Shown: piece by piece, positions 25,021 to 37,000 of the stretch
Layout: every line of letters starts with the position of its first letter
Numbering within the stretch: position 1 is the stretch's first letter
Source of the DNA: Eledone cirrhosa
Lineage: Eukaryota
Length of the DNA: 64,000 nucleotides
Assembly: GCA_964016885.1 (NCBI GenBank)
Contig: OZ024745.1
Coordinates: forward strand, 53,382,001 to 53,446,000
Direction: 5' to 3'
Notes under the pieces: model-generated
Seen by the model: only the letters and a program-made list of their open reading frames with translations
Database searches by the model: none
What the model was told of the DNA's origin: nothing
Made by a program: the position numbers and the translations under genes

Positions 25021-25546
25021 GCGTGTATATGTGTGTGTGTGTGTGCGCGTGTGTGTGTGTGTGTGTGTGCATAAGTAGAGTTGCACAATATAAGAAAAAA
25101 AGAGAAAGACGTGGTACGAATGAATAACAGCTTCTAACTTTCTCATCAACCACGGTCAGGGAAATGCGATTCGTGCATATGAGACAAGCCAGCGACATAG
25201 AGTCAGGGAGAACAAGTGAGTGCTTTTCGACAAGGACATGAAAAAGAGTACGTCAACAATAATATGAAAATGTCTTACGACTGGAAACAGGACACTGAGC
25301 GGACAAGTAGCTCAATAGCTAACGTGGAAGGAGAGAAATATAGACTTTCATAAAAAAAAGACGAGGGAGAGTTTATGTGAGATAGTGTATGGGTTGTCGT
25401 GCTGGTAAGAAAACAATTAGTTACTCAAAGAAGGAACATGTAGCGTTATAACAGTAATAAATAGCACACACTCACACATGTATATATATATATATATATA
25501 TTAAATATATATATATATATATATCTATAGTAAAATATAGACAAAA

Positions 25547-25592
<46 letters not shown>

Positions 25593-25679
25593 TTTTATAT
25601 ATATATATATATATACTTTTATATATATGTGTGTGTGTATGTGTGTGTGTCTATGTATGTGTGTCTATATTTTAATAAT

Positions 25680-25864
25680 TGTTTCTACTTTAGGCACAAG
25701 GCCAGCAAATACTCAGTGCATTACTGGTACTTTATTTTATCGACCCCGTAAGGATGAAAGGCAAAGTCAACCTCGGCGGGATTTGAACTCAGATCGTAAA
25801 GGGACGTAACTATGCTGGAAAGCATGGCGTCCGACCCTCTACTGATACTGCCAATCCACCGCCC
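25680..25864 (-). mobile_element. tRNA-derived SINE, full length, 18-bp TSD
   Basis: tgtctatattttaataat occurs at 25662-25679 and 25867-25884. A/B boxes and central domain are present. Confidence 0.92.
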
Positions 25865-26288
25865 TATGTCTATATTTTAATAATATATGGAGTTCGGCTG
25901 GAAAGAAATTAAAGGTAAACTTAATGGTGTATGATTTTACTGAACATCTATATTTTTGTTTTGTAGAGAAAAGAAATATCTGTGGTTACTGCATCCACTT
26001 TTGTCTCTACATCATAAATTGGTACAATCATTTCTTGGAGAAGAGAAAGAATAGCTTATAGTTAAATGTAGTACACACCTTTATGCCATAAAACGTATCA
26101 AATCGATGTCTTTCTTGTGGCAATAGAGGAGAAAAGTTATATTTACATCTCAAGGTGAAGCTGGAAATGATTTTCTTAATGATAAACATGTAAATTTACA
26201 TATTTCTCTCACTCCGTATTTCCCACTCCCTCTCCCTCCAACTATCAGATATCTATACACATACATGCACATACTAGCACATACTAGC

Positions 26289-26467
26289 ATTGGCAGTATC
26301 GGTAGGGAGTCGGACGCCATGCTTTCCAGCATAGTTACGTCCCTTTACGGTCTAAGTTCAAATCCCGTCGAGGTTAACTTTGCCTTTCATCCTTACGGGG
26401 TCGATAAAATAAAGTACCAGTAATGTACTGGTTATTTGCTGGCCTTGTGCCAAAAGTAGAAACAATT
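26289..26467 (+). mobile_element. tRNA-derived SINE
   Basis: tggcagtatcgg A box, gttcaaatccc B box, central domain and tail. Confidence 0.9.
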
Positions 26468-26493
26468 AATTTTGACTTTGCAAACCATCAATA

Positions 26494-26665
26494 ATAATTG
26501 TTTCTACTTTTGGCACAAGGCCAGCAATTACCCAGTTCATTACTGGTACTTTATTTTATCGACCCGGTAAGGATGAAAGGCAAAGTTAACCTCGACGGGA
26601 TTTGAACCCAGATCGTAAAGGTACGTAACTATGCTGGAAAGCATGGCGTCCGACCCTCTACCAAT
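26494..26665 (-). mobile_element. tRNA-derived SINE, tail-to-tail with the preceding copy
   Basis: Reverse-complement copy of the same family. Confidence 0.9.
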
Positions 26666-27471
26666 AATAAAGATTATATATATATATAGACCTATGTATA
26701 TACTTATATACATTTTTGTGTGACTGTGTGTCTGCGTGCGTGTATGTGGAGACGTGTGCAAAGCTTTGGTATTTCTTGTCTTATTGTATCTCTTCAAAAT
26801 CTTGTGTGAGACATAATTAGATAACCTTCTGTTTTAACCTTACAATTGTATATGTTACAGGTATGTTTATCTACTGCTATTCAATCCGTTCTTTTAAAAG
26901 TAATGTTTCACACTAAAACATTGATACATCTTACTATCTTAGATAATCGGCTAACTTTAGGCTATACATATAAGAAAATAATTTTCAGACGGTGCACATA
27001 AAAAATCCTGGTGAATATGTATAAGATTCTGGATATAGGAAATTTGTTTAACAATGTTAATTCATTATTTATACATAACTTTCGTTGCTCATGGAATCTG
27101 GCTGTCTTTGAGAAACATTTGAGAAAAATACCTTAACCAGCTTGTCATATGATAGAGTGTAGATATACAACGGTAATACCTCAAAATTTTACCCCGAAAA
27201 ATAGAAGTGTTTAAGCGAACTAAATTCTACATTTCATTAGTAATTATAAATATTAGTAATAAATAATTTACGTACAAAATTATATGTGATATATGAGGTG
27301 TGACAATAATTGATGCAAATGCTGTAAAACACAGTAAATGTTAGATTTTCCGGGGAGGAAAATTATATTTTCTCCCATTAGAAGAAGAAGAAAGTCTATT
27401 AAATTGATAAGTTATAAGTTACTGTCAGGTTAAGTGCTTTAGATCTCAGTCTTCCTTTTACGCTCATATAT

Positions 27472-27505
<34 letters not shown>

Positions 27506-27635
27506 GCAAAAGTTTTATTTAAGATTGTTGGGTTACAACGAGTAAATATTTTATAACTGATATAAAAGCACTCAACAGTTTCTGGAGTAGGTTTACGATA
27601 TGTCACTAATTATTTATAAAACAGCTTATGTATTG

Positions 27636-27716
27636 TATTTTGTCTGAGGAAGGCATAACATATTTTTAATATGATATTTTTAATATGATATCCCAGAAAT
27701 ATATATAACGAAATAA
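27636..27716 (+). ncRNA. Type I hammerhead ribozyme motif
   Basis: tattttgt-CTGAGGA-aggcata..tatccca-GAAA-tatata-TA-acgaaata. The base of stem II is imperfect and there is a 16-nt duplication in loop II. Confidence 0.65.
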
Positions 27717-27756
27717 ATATGGTTTTATAAATATAGTTTCCATTTGTTTAATATCG

Positions 27757-27780
<24 letters not shown>

Positions 27781-27787
<7 letters not shown>

Positions 27788-27925
27788 AAAGCTTCTAGAG
27801 GACTAGAACTGTTTCATCAATGAAACAGTCCTGTAGAAGCTTTTCTATATTAAATATGTATACTCTGCTTTGTATTGAGTACCTTACTTACTGTGGTTCC
27901 CCCCGATTGAACCAGGGATAAACTT
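27781..27925 (+). mobile_element. Fold-back fragment of a hammerhead-bearing terminal repeat (family also at 19075-19125 and 59795)
   Basis: atagaaaagcttctagaggact..ctgtttcat / tgaaacagtcctgtagaagcttttctat forms an inverted pair. Confidence 0.65.
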
Positions 27926-28014
27926 ATATATATATATATATATGTGTGTGTATATATATATGCATTAAGAAAAAGTTTCGTTCACATGTAGTTAGTTTCT
28001 TTATTGTTTGTCGG

Positions 28015-28066
28015 CGCAGATTGACCAAATTGGTCCTCAGGGCTAACGAAACGTACGTACCTGGTA
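28015..28066 (+). ncRNA. Degenerate hammerhead motif
   Basis: TTGACCA-a-ttggtcc-tca-gggctaa-c-GAAAC-gtac-GTA-cctgg. Confidence 0.45.
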
Positions 28067-28264
28067 TTATGGTTTACGGTGCCGTTTTATTAACTGGCCT
28101 TAATAATTATGTATATAGATAGATAGAGAGAGGGAGAGAGATAGAGGGAGAGTGAGAGAGATGAGTGTGCGTGTGTGTATGCTAGACTTCGAAACGGTTT
28201 CCCCTGAAACAATTTTTTTTTATTGAGGAGCTATTTAGCAAAGAATCTATAATAAATTAAATAT

Positions 28265-28340
28265 GCCTAATGTGCCGCCGCACAGTGGGATCGAACTCAG
28301 AACTAACTGTGTTATGAAACAAATTTCTTAATCACATATC
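28265..28340 (-). mobile_element. tRNA-derived SINE head of a second family, degenerate
   Basis: Minus strand reads tgattaagaa...gagttcgatcccactgtgcggcggcac, containing a B box. Confidence 0.5.
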
Positions 28341-28439
28341 TCTAGATGTGCCTGTATATATATGTGTATGTGTGTGTTTTTATGCATGTGTGTGTATGTT
28401 TATGTCAATGTGACCGACTCTAATCAAATGAATATCTAG

Positions 28440-28650
28440 TGCCACCTTGTAGTAATTGATGAGTTAACCAGGTTTCTGATCAGCTGGTGTTAGTGTGTTG
28501 CACTGTCACCTGATGACCATTATTCAATCCAACATCATCTTGATTTATCTTGTGGTTCTCTTAAACGATCCTGGAACATCCGGCAGTTGTCAGATGTTCC
28601 AGTGCGATTTCTTTGAAGTCTGTAAAATCAGAAGCATACCATAATTGATT
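28440..28650 (-). mobile_element. Possible RTE-clade LINE 3' remnant
   Basis: Minus-strand translation LEHLTTAG..R..QDK weakly resembles the RTE C-terminal LEHLVTTGKI..RGRQR. Confidence 0.3.
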
Positions 28651-29003
28651 ATCAATCGACATTGACATTAATTTGAGGAAAGTTGGGTGGCGGGGTTAAT
28701 TCCTATTTTATGGATCCACGCAAGGAATAATACAGCGTACTTTCAAAATTATAGAAACAATCGTCATAGGTTCAGTACTGTCTCTGTTTAATACTTATAA
28801 CTGCGGTATAGACACAGTTCAATACTGGTATGAATGTATGTATTGCATGCCACTCAACTAAGAGTAAAGGATAAAAACGAAATTACAATCATTATTTGGC
28901 ACAAAATATATAAACACACTGATGCAACATTAGAAAATTCTGAACAAATGCCAGGAAATATGTTTAGGAGTTTTGTTTTTTGTTTGTTTTTGCTGAATTT
29001 CTT

Positions 29004-29620
29004 CTTCATGTATATATATATACAACCCTTACTACATCATTTCATGTATATGTATAATCCTTACTACATCATTTCATGTATATGTACAATCCTTATTACA
29101 TCAGTTCATGTATATGTACAATCCTTATTACATCAGTTCATGTATATGTACAATCCTTATTACATCATTTCATGTATATGTACAATCCTTACTACATCAT
29201 TTCATGTATATGTACAATCCTTACTGCATCATTTCATGTATATGTACAATCCTTATTACATCATTTCATGTATATGTACAATCCTTACTGCATCATTTCA
29301 TGTATATGTACAATCCTTATTACATCATTTCATGTATATGTACAATCCTTACTGCATCATTTCATGTATATGTACAATCCTTATTACATCATTTCATGTA
29401 TATGTACAATCCTTACTGCATCATTTCATGTATATGTACAATCCTTATTACATCATTTCATGTATATGTACAATCCTTATTACATCATTTCATGTATATG
29501 TACAATCCTTACTGCATCATTTCATGTATATGTACAATCCTTATTACATCAGTTCGTGTGTATGTACAATCCTTACTACATTATATCATGTGTATGTACA
29601 TTCCTGACTGCATCAGTTTA
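29004..29620. repeat. 32-bp minisatellite, about 19 copies
   Basis: Unit ttcatgtatatgtacaatccttattacatcat, with ttac/ctac/ctgc variants. Confidence 0.97.
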
Positions 29621-29693
29621 TTAAATAATCTATAATAAGAAAACTTCATTTATTGTGTTTTGCATTACAGCAAAACATGCTCTGCAATACACA

Positions 29694-29753
<60 letters not shown>

Positions 29754-29818
29754 CTACGCCTACACGTATATAATTGTAGTTTTTTTTCCGTTTACCGTAT
29801 TTATAATGTGAACCTACT

Positions 29819-29850
<32 letters not shown>

Positions 29851-30002
29851 CATGTGTGTGTGCATGTGTGTGGGGGGGCGTGTTTTTTTTTTGCCCTCCT
29901 TATTCTTTCTCTAGTATAGCAGCCTCTATGCTGTCAGTAATTTTTATCTTCGTCTAAAGCACTTTTGTGTTTATATTCTGTCCTTCGTCTTGTTAATCTC
30001 TT

Positions 30003-30370
30003 TATCGATTATGTTACTCGATAACCTAGATCCTCCCGACCTTTGAGATGTTATATGAATTGCTATCAAGAAAATGATGCTCTATATTCTAGAAATCACA
30101 ATAATGTTAAGAAAATTTGTTGATGTCAGCTATTTCATTGCTCGAATACCACTGAAGCCAGCTGATGTGTCATTTGAATTTAAAAGCTTTCAATTTCATG
30201 ACAGATTCAGCTTAACCATATCAGAAAATCTCAGGAGCAAGCATTAAAAGTTATTGCACTGGAATTGGTAGTTGCAGTCTTTTTACAAGATCCGTTTTGT
30301 GTTTCAACGTGATTTTGTCTTTATAGTAGCAAGGGCAAATTTAAAAACGTTTATTGTGAGGCTTTGGAAT
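30003..30370 (+). pseudogene. Helitron Pif1-like helicase C-terminal remnant
   Basis: Translates to IMLL.NLDPP.L..KKMMLYILEITIM..FIARIPLKPADVSFEFKSFQF..SQEQALKV, compared with the Helitron motif LRNLDPP..FIPRIPL.P..PFEFKRLQFP..KSQGQSL. Confidence 0.7.
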
Positions 30371-31735
30371 AAACAATTAATTGAATAAGCTCTTTTCGCT
30401 GTAGTTCCCACTTCTACCCTAAATCATTGTCATATAGTTTGTTAGGCCTAGCAAACTCTCCACATTATTGCTTTGTGTTACTTCGACATGTTGTATATGC
30501 ATGAATGTATGTATCTGTATCTATACATACTGTTGAAGGTGAGCACTCTCATGCAGATAAAAAGAAGATAGCAATGTCAAAACATAATGAAACACACTGA
30601 CAGTTGGTTGCAGTAGTAAAAATGTTTAGAAGAAATACGAACAACTGCAATAACGCTAAACATACAGACACTCTAATCTTTTCACTATTTTCTTTCACTG
30701 CTTCTGTTCGTGTTCTATTCATGTCTTGCAAAATTTAGCATATATTTCAGCTGAAGATGACCACTAATTGGGAACGGTTCCAAATGTTCGAGCATCGCAA
30801 CATTTACAAATGGAATGCTAAATCATGTTTTATTTCTCTTGCATCAAATCTCATGAATTATATCATTGTAATTCAGGCTGCGATTTTTATATATATTTAT
30901 ACTTATTAATTTATTTATTTTTACTTTCGAAAAACATGAAATAAAAATAAGTAAAAAAAATATAAGAAAAAAAGAACGATATCCCAAGATTATAGGTTTC
31001 ACAGTAATGCATGTTCCCTAATACTTTTGACGATATTGTGGATCTCCTTAAACTGCATGATGTAAGTTGTATTGACATAATTACATTGAGAATACAATTG
31101 TGACAAGCAGTAATGGCAGATGAACATTGTTCATCCAAGGAGACGGAAAAAATAAACAGTTTACGATAAAGCCAAATCTTTATATTGACAACACATAATA
31201 GTAACCACTCTCAAAAATTGGCATCTATTTAACAGATAACTTTATTTCTATTTATTTATTTCTCCTGTTCCCATCGCCAATTTTACTTTGCTTTGTTGAG
31301 GAGTTGTAAAGAGAAGAATTACAATGGAGTTCTTTTGGTCAAGAATGCCAAATATGCTGGCAAGGGAAGAGATTTCATTCACAAGTATGTTTATGTTTAT
31401 ATAAGAGTTACGAATAAATCGTTTGTTATTTTTGTTCTTTATTTCTTTCTGATTTGGGCTTTTTTGTGAACGATTAAAAAGTGTCAGTTTGTATTTGTTC
31501 TTGTTGTTTGAGTTGTTGTTTGCTCCAAATCAATATGTTTACAAGCCCAGGACACGACAGACGGCCTTATAGATAATCTGGCTCCATAGTGTGTAGGTTA
31601 TCAACCGGTTACTTACAAACAGTCATCAAAGGCAACTATACAAAGAACTGCAACTGCAGACACTATACGAAAAAAATGAAAATTTACGAAACAAAAGCTA
31701 AATAATACAATACGCACACACACTCACATACATAC

Positions 31736-31767
<32 letters not shown>

Positions 31768-31990
31768 GGAGAAGAATTTTAAAAGTTAGGATTATTTATG
31801 TATATAAATGAATATTTATATATATTTATATATATGTATGTTTTGTATATGTATGTGTATGTAGGTAGGTAGAATCCTATCTTTTAAAATTAATCTCCGC
31901 CTACTCAAAGAATATTCTTGATTTCTTCCCATTCTCTCCACCCCCTCTTCCTACCTCACCCTTCCCTCCTATCCTACCATCTCTCTCCCC

Positions 31991-32055
<65 letters not shown>

Positions 32056-32352
32056 ACATGTAAATAAAACTAATAAAACTTTCTGTAATTGCATTGCTGT
32101 GTTTGGCTTTTGATACTTGAACAATGTATATATATATATGTGTGTGTGTGTACGTATATATACATATACACAAAAGGTGGATGAACTCAAGAGAGTCAAC
32201 GGCCAGTCTATCTAACATGTACATATGTTGTACGTTTATAGATGTATATATATATGATTATATATATATATATATACATATATATAATCAAGGTTTAGCA
32301 AATAAGAAAAAGTTTCAAAATAAATTTTTAAAAATTAACTTTACTCACTATG

Positions 32353-32445
32353 GTTACCTTTACCGAATCGGTTTCGAGTTTCAAAAATAAATGGACAGTC
32401 CTTACGGCATCCATTGCAAAGAAAAACTCTCGTCAGATGGATCTT
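32353..32445 (-). ncRNA. Type I hammerhead ribozyme, intact core, extended stem II with GNRA-capped hairpin
   Basis: Minus strand: ccat-CTGACGA-gagttt..atgga.tg.cc-GTAA-gg.actg.tccat..aaactc-GAAAC-cgattcg-GTA-aagg. Stem I is weak. Confidence 0.75.
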
Positions 32446-32746
32446 TTCACTCGGAGAATATAAAGTTCCCGAGTTCAAATTACGAACTGGCGCTATTCAA
32501 AATTGTTCCCGAGATGAAAGTAAATGATGTGGGAGCAATTCCTTCAAGTGCCGTGTGTAAAGATAGAAGCAAAGAGGCAGGGAGGTCAGTCTACTACCAC
32601 TATAACTAGCAGCAGTCAGAACGACCAAATTTTTTTCTCGACCAAGAGGAGAATAATAATAAAGTATATATCCCTACACGCAAAAAGCGCATAGGGACAC
32701 ATGTATTGTCCAACCATATGTATATATATATATATATATATATGTG

Positions 32747-32826
<80 letters not shown>

Positions 32827-33189
32827 TATCTTTTTGAAACACATTTTAATCATTTTTTTTCCTTTTAACATTTTAATCTTTTTTATCTTTTCACCTTTAA
32901 CTTTTTTTTCTGGGTTGGCTAGTAGCTCTAACCTTGGTAAATATGGTAATTGGCTTTATTTGAGACACGTCTACCTGAAGATGGCGAACTTACTGAAAAG
33001 CCATTAGGTTAAACTTTCTTTTGGAACAATTTCCTGAACGGTAAAAGAGAGATTCAGGTGTTGGTTTTACATTTAAAAACTCAATCCTAGACTGTATCCA
33101 AGATTTTCAAAGTTATATAGCTGAACGCATTCTATTGAAAGCATTCATAAATTGCATCAGGATCTTGGAAATCTGGTGCAAAATCTTCC

Positions 33190-33530
33190 AAGGGAAGAGA
33201 AACTAATCATCGAGAGTGATTTTAATGCTAGAGTAGATCAAGCAACGAGACCTGTTTTGGAGAAGCATGGCACTGGAAAATACAACGAAAATTGACTATC
33301 TCTTCTCACATTTTGTACCGAACACCAGCTGACTATCTCAAATACTTTCTTCGAGCAAAATGAGAAGTATAAAAACACATAGATGCACTCTAGGTCTAAG
33401 TGTTGGAACCTTTTTGACTTTATATTAGTTCGCAAAGCAGCTCTAAATTCCGTCACTAGTGTGCGAGTAATGAGAGGTGCAGAATGTTGGATGGTCCATT
33501 GCTTTGTTAGGGAAAAATTCAATTACTGAA
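33190..33530 (+). pseudogene. RTE-clade LINE APE endonuclease remnant
   Basis: SDFNARV..VLEKHGTGKYNEN*LSLLTFCTEHQLTISNTFFEQ..T*MHSRSKCWNLFDFILVR..VRVMRGAECW. Confidence 0.85.
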
Positions 33531-33654
33531 ACAGGCAAAAAATACCACAGTGGATTTGTGAGCATTACTCAATGAAGATAACCCTTTGGAGTGTTAGAAG
33601 TTTCAAGTCTATGAAGTTGTATCAAGTACTTTGGGTTTGAAACCCAAGAAAGAT

Positions 33655-33746
33655 AATGTGGTAATGGTGATGGTGTTGATGATGACTGTGACAATGACGA
33701 TGTTGGCAGTAGTGATGACGGTGATGATGATGTTGATGATGATGAC

Positions 33747-33784
<38 letters not shown>

Positions 33785-33850
33785 CAAGGATGATGATGAT
33801 GATGAGGAGGAGGAGGAGTGGGAGGGGGGAGAAGAAGGACGAGGGGGGTG
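33655..33850. repeat. (GAT)n/(GAG)n compound microsatellite
   Basis: Direct inspection. Confidence 0.9.
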
Positions 33851-34057
33851 AAGAAGATTGAATTCTTATGTTTACATTTCTGTTTCAATCTACTGCGTTC
33901 CAACTAATCCTTGAACCCGACCATATCCTTCAGAGATTACTGGATTAACAGATTACACGTGCAACAATAATATATACGAATGAGAATGTCCAAGAGATAA
34001 TATATACGAATTGGTAGTTTGTGATGTCTTACTATAAATGTTGTAATGTTTTGTTGA

Positions 34058-37000
34058 TATAAATGTTGTGTGGTATTGTTGTAGGTGTTGTAGAGTATAG
34101 CTGTTAATGTTGTGAGGTGTTGTTGTAGATGTTGTGGTGTATAGCTGTTAATGTTGTGTGGTATTGTTGTAGGTGTTGTAGAGTATAGCTGTGAATGTTG
34201 TGAGGTGTTGTTGTTGTAGATGTTGTGGTGTATAGCTGTTAATGTTGTGAGGTGTTGTTGAAGATGTTGTGGTGTATAGCTGTTAATGTTGTGTGATATT
34301 GTTGTAGGTGTTGTAGAGTATAGCTGTGACTGTTGTGAGGTGTTGTTGTTGTAGATGTTGTGGAGTATAGCTGTTAATGTTGTGAGGTGTTGTTGAAGAT
34401 GTTGTGGTGTATAGCTGTTAATGTTGTGTGGTATTGTTGTAGGTGTTGTAGAGTATAGCTGTGAATGTTGTGAGGTGTTGTTGTTGTAGATGTTGTGGTG
34501 TATAGCTGTTAATGTTGTGAGGTATTGTTGTTGTAGATGTTGTGGTGTATAGCTATTAATGTTGTGAGGTGTTGTTGTTATAGGTGTTGTGGTGTATAGC
34601 TGTTAATGTTGTGAGGTATTGTTGTAGATGTTGTGGTGTATAGCTGTTAATGCTGTGAGGTATTGTTGTTATAGATGTTGTAGTGTATAGATGTTAATGT
34701 TGTGAGGTATTGTTGTTGTAGATGTTGTGGTGTATAGCTGTCAATGTTGTGAGGTATTGTTGTTGTAGATGTTGTGGTGTATAGCTGTCAATGTTGTGAG
34801 GTATTGTTGTTGTAGATGTTGTGGTGTATAGCTGTTAATGTTGTGAGGTATTGTTGTTGTAGATGTTGTGGTGTATAGCTGTTAATGTTGTGAGGTATTG
34901 TTGTTATAGGTGTTGTGGTGTATAGCTGTTAATGTTGTGAGGTATTGTTCTTATAGATGTTGTGGTGTATAGCTGTTAATGTTGTGAGGTATTGTTGTGG
35001 TAGATGTGTTGTAGTGTATAGCTGTTAATGTTGTAAGGTATTGTTCTTATAGGTGTTGTGGTGTATAGCTGTTAATGTTGTGAGGTATTGTTGTTGTAGG
35101 TGTTGTGGTGTATAGCTGTTAATGTTGTGAGGTGTTGTTGTTATAGATGTTGTGGTGTATAGATGTTAATGTTGTGAGATATTGTTATAGATGTTGTGGT
35201 GTATAGCTGTTAATGTTGTGAGGTATTGTTGTAGGTGTTGTGGTGTATAGCTGTTAATGTTGTGAGATGTTGTTGTTGTAGATATCGTGGTGTATAGCTG
35301 TTAATGTTGTGAAGTGTTGTTGTTGTTGTAGATGTTGTGGTGTATAGCGGTTAATGTTGTGAGGTATAGTTGTTGTAGATGTTGTGGTGTATAGCTGTTA
35401 ATGGTGTGAGGTATTGTTGTTGTAGATGTTGTGGTGTATAGCTGTTAATGTTGTGAGGTATTGTTGTTATAGATGTTGTGGTGTATAGCTGTTAATGTTG
35501 TGAGGTGTTGTTGTTATAGGTGTTGTGGTGTATAGCTGTCAATGTTGTGAGGTATTGTTGTTGTAGGTGTTGTAGTGTATAGCTGTCAATGTTGTGAGAT
35601 ATTGTTGTTATAGATGTTGTGGTGTATAGCTGTCAATGTTGTGAGGTATTGTTGTGGTAGATGTGTTGTAGTGTATAGCTGTTAATGTTGTGAGGTATTG
35701 TTGTTATAGATGTTGTAGTGTATAGCTGTTAATGTTGTGAGATATTGTTGTTATAGATGTTGTGGTGTATAGCTGTTAATGTTGTGAGGTATTGTTGTGG
35801 TAGATGTGTTGTAGTGTATAGCTGTTAATGTTGTGAGGTATTGTTGTTATAGATGTTGTGGTGTATAGCTGTTAATGTTGTGAGATATTGTTGTTGTAGA
35901 TGTTGTGGTGTATAGCTGTTAATGTTGTGACGTATTTCTTTGTAGATGTTGTGGTGTATACCTGTTAATGTTGTGAGGTATTGTTGTGGAAGATGTTGTG
36001 GTGTATAGCTGTTAATGTTGTGAGGTGTTGTTGTAGATGTTGTGGTGTATAGCTGTTAATGTTGTGTGGTATTGTTGTAGGTGTTGTAGAGTATAGCTGT
36101 GAATGTTGTGAGGTGTTGTTGAAGATGTTGTGGTGTATAGCTGTTAATGTTGTGTGATATTGTTGTAGGTGTTGTAGAGTATAGCTGTGAATGTTGTGAG
36201 GTGTTGTTGTTGTAGATGTTGTGGAGTATAGCTGTTAATGTTGTGAGGTGTTGTTGAAGATGTTGTGGTGTATAGCTGTTAATGTTGTGTGGTATTGTTG
36301 TAGGTGTTGTAGAGTATAGCTGTTAATGTTGTGACGTATTTCTTTGTAGATGTTGTGGTGTATAGCTGTTAATGTTGTGAGGTATTGTTGTTGTAGGTGT
36401 TGTGGTGTATAGCTGTTAATGTTGTGAGGTATTGTTGTTATAGATGTTGTAGTGTATAGCTGTTAATTTTGTGAGGTATTGTTGTTGTAGATGTTGTGGT
36501 GTATACCTGTTAATGTTGTGAGGTATTGTTGTTGTAGATGTTGTGGTGTATAGCTGTTAATGTTGTGAGGTATTGTTGTAGGTGTTGTGGTGTATAGCTG
36601 TTAATGTTGTGAGGTATTGTTGTTATAGATGTTGTAGTGTATAGCTGTTAATGTTGTGAGGTATTGTTGTTGTAGATGTTGTGGTGTATAGCTGTTAATG
36701 TTGTGAGGTATTGTTGTTATAGATGTTGTGGTGTATACCTGTTAATGTTGTGAGGTATTGTTGTTGTAGATGTTGTGGTGTATAGCTGTTAATGTTGTGA
36801 GGTATTGTTGTAGGTGTTGTGGTGTATAGCTGTTAATGTTGTGAGGTATTGTTGTTATAGATGTTGTAGTGTATAGCTGTTAATGTTGTGAGGTAATGTT
36901 GTGGTAGATGTTGTGTTGTGGTGTATAGCTGTTAATGTTGTGAGGTATTGTTGTTATAGATGTTGTGGTGTATAGCTGTTAATGTTGTGACGTATTTCTT

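Noticed and set aside
28834-29635. 257-aa repeat protein, or CRISPR-like array
   Set aside because: It is a contiguous 32-bp tandem repeat with no unique spacers and no cas genes, in a eukaryotic context. Open frames arise from the stop-free unit.
30745-33015. CTGAAGA motifs at ~30751 and ~32975
   Set aside because: I could not assemble a convincing GAAA/UH core with paired stems for either.
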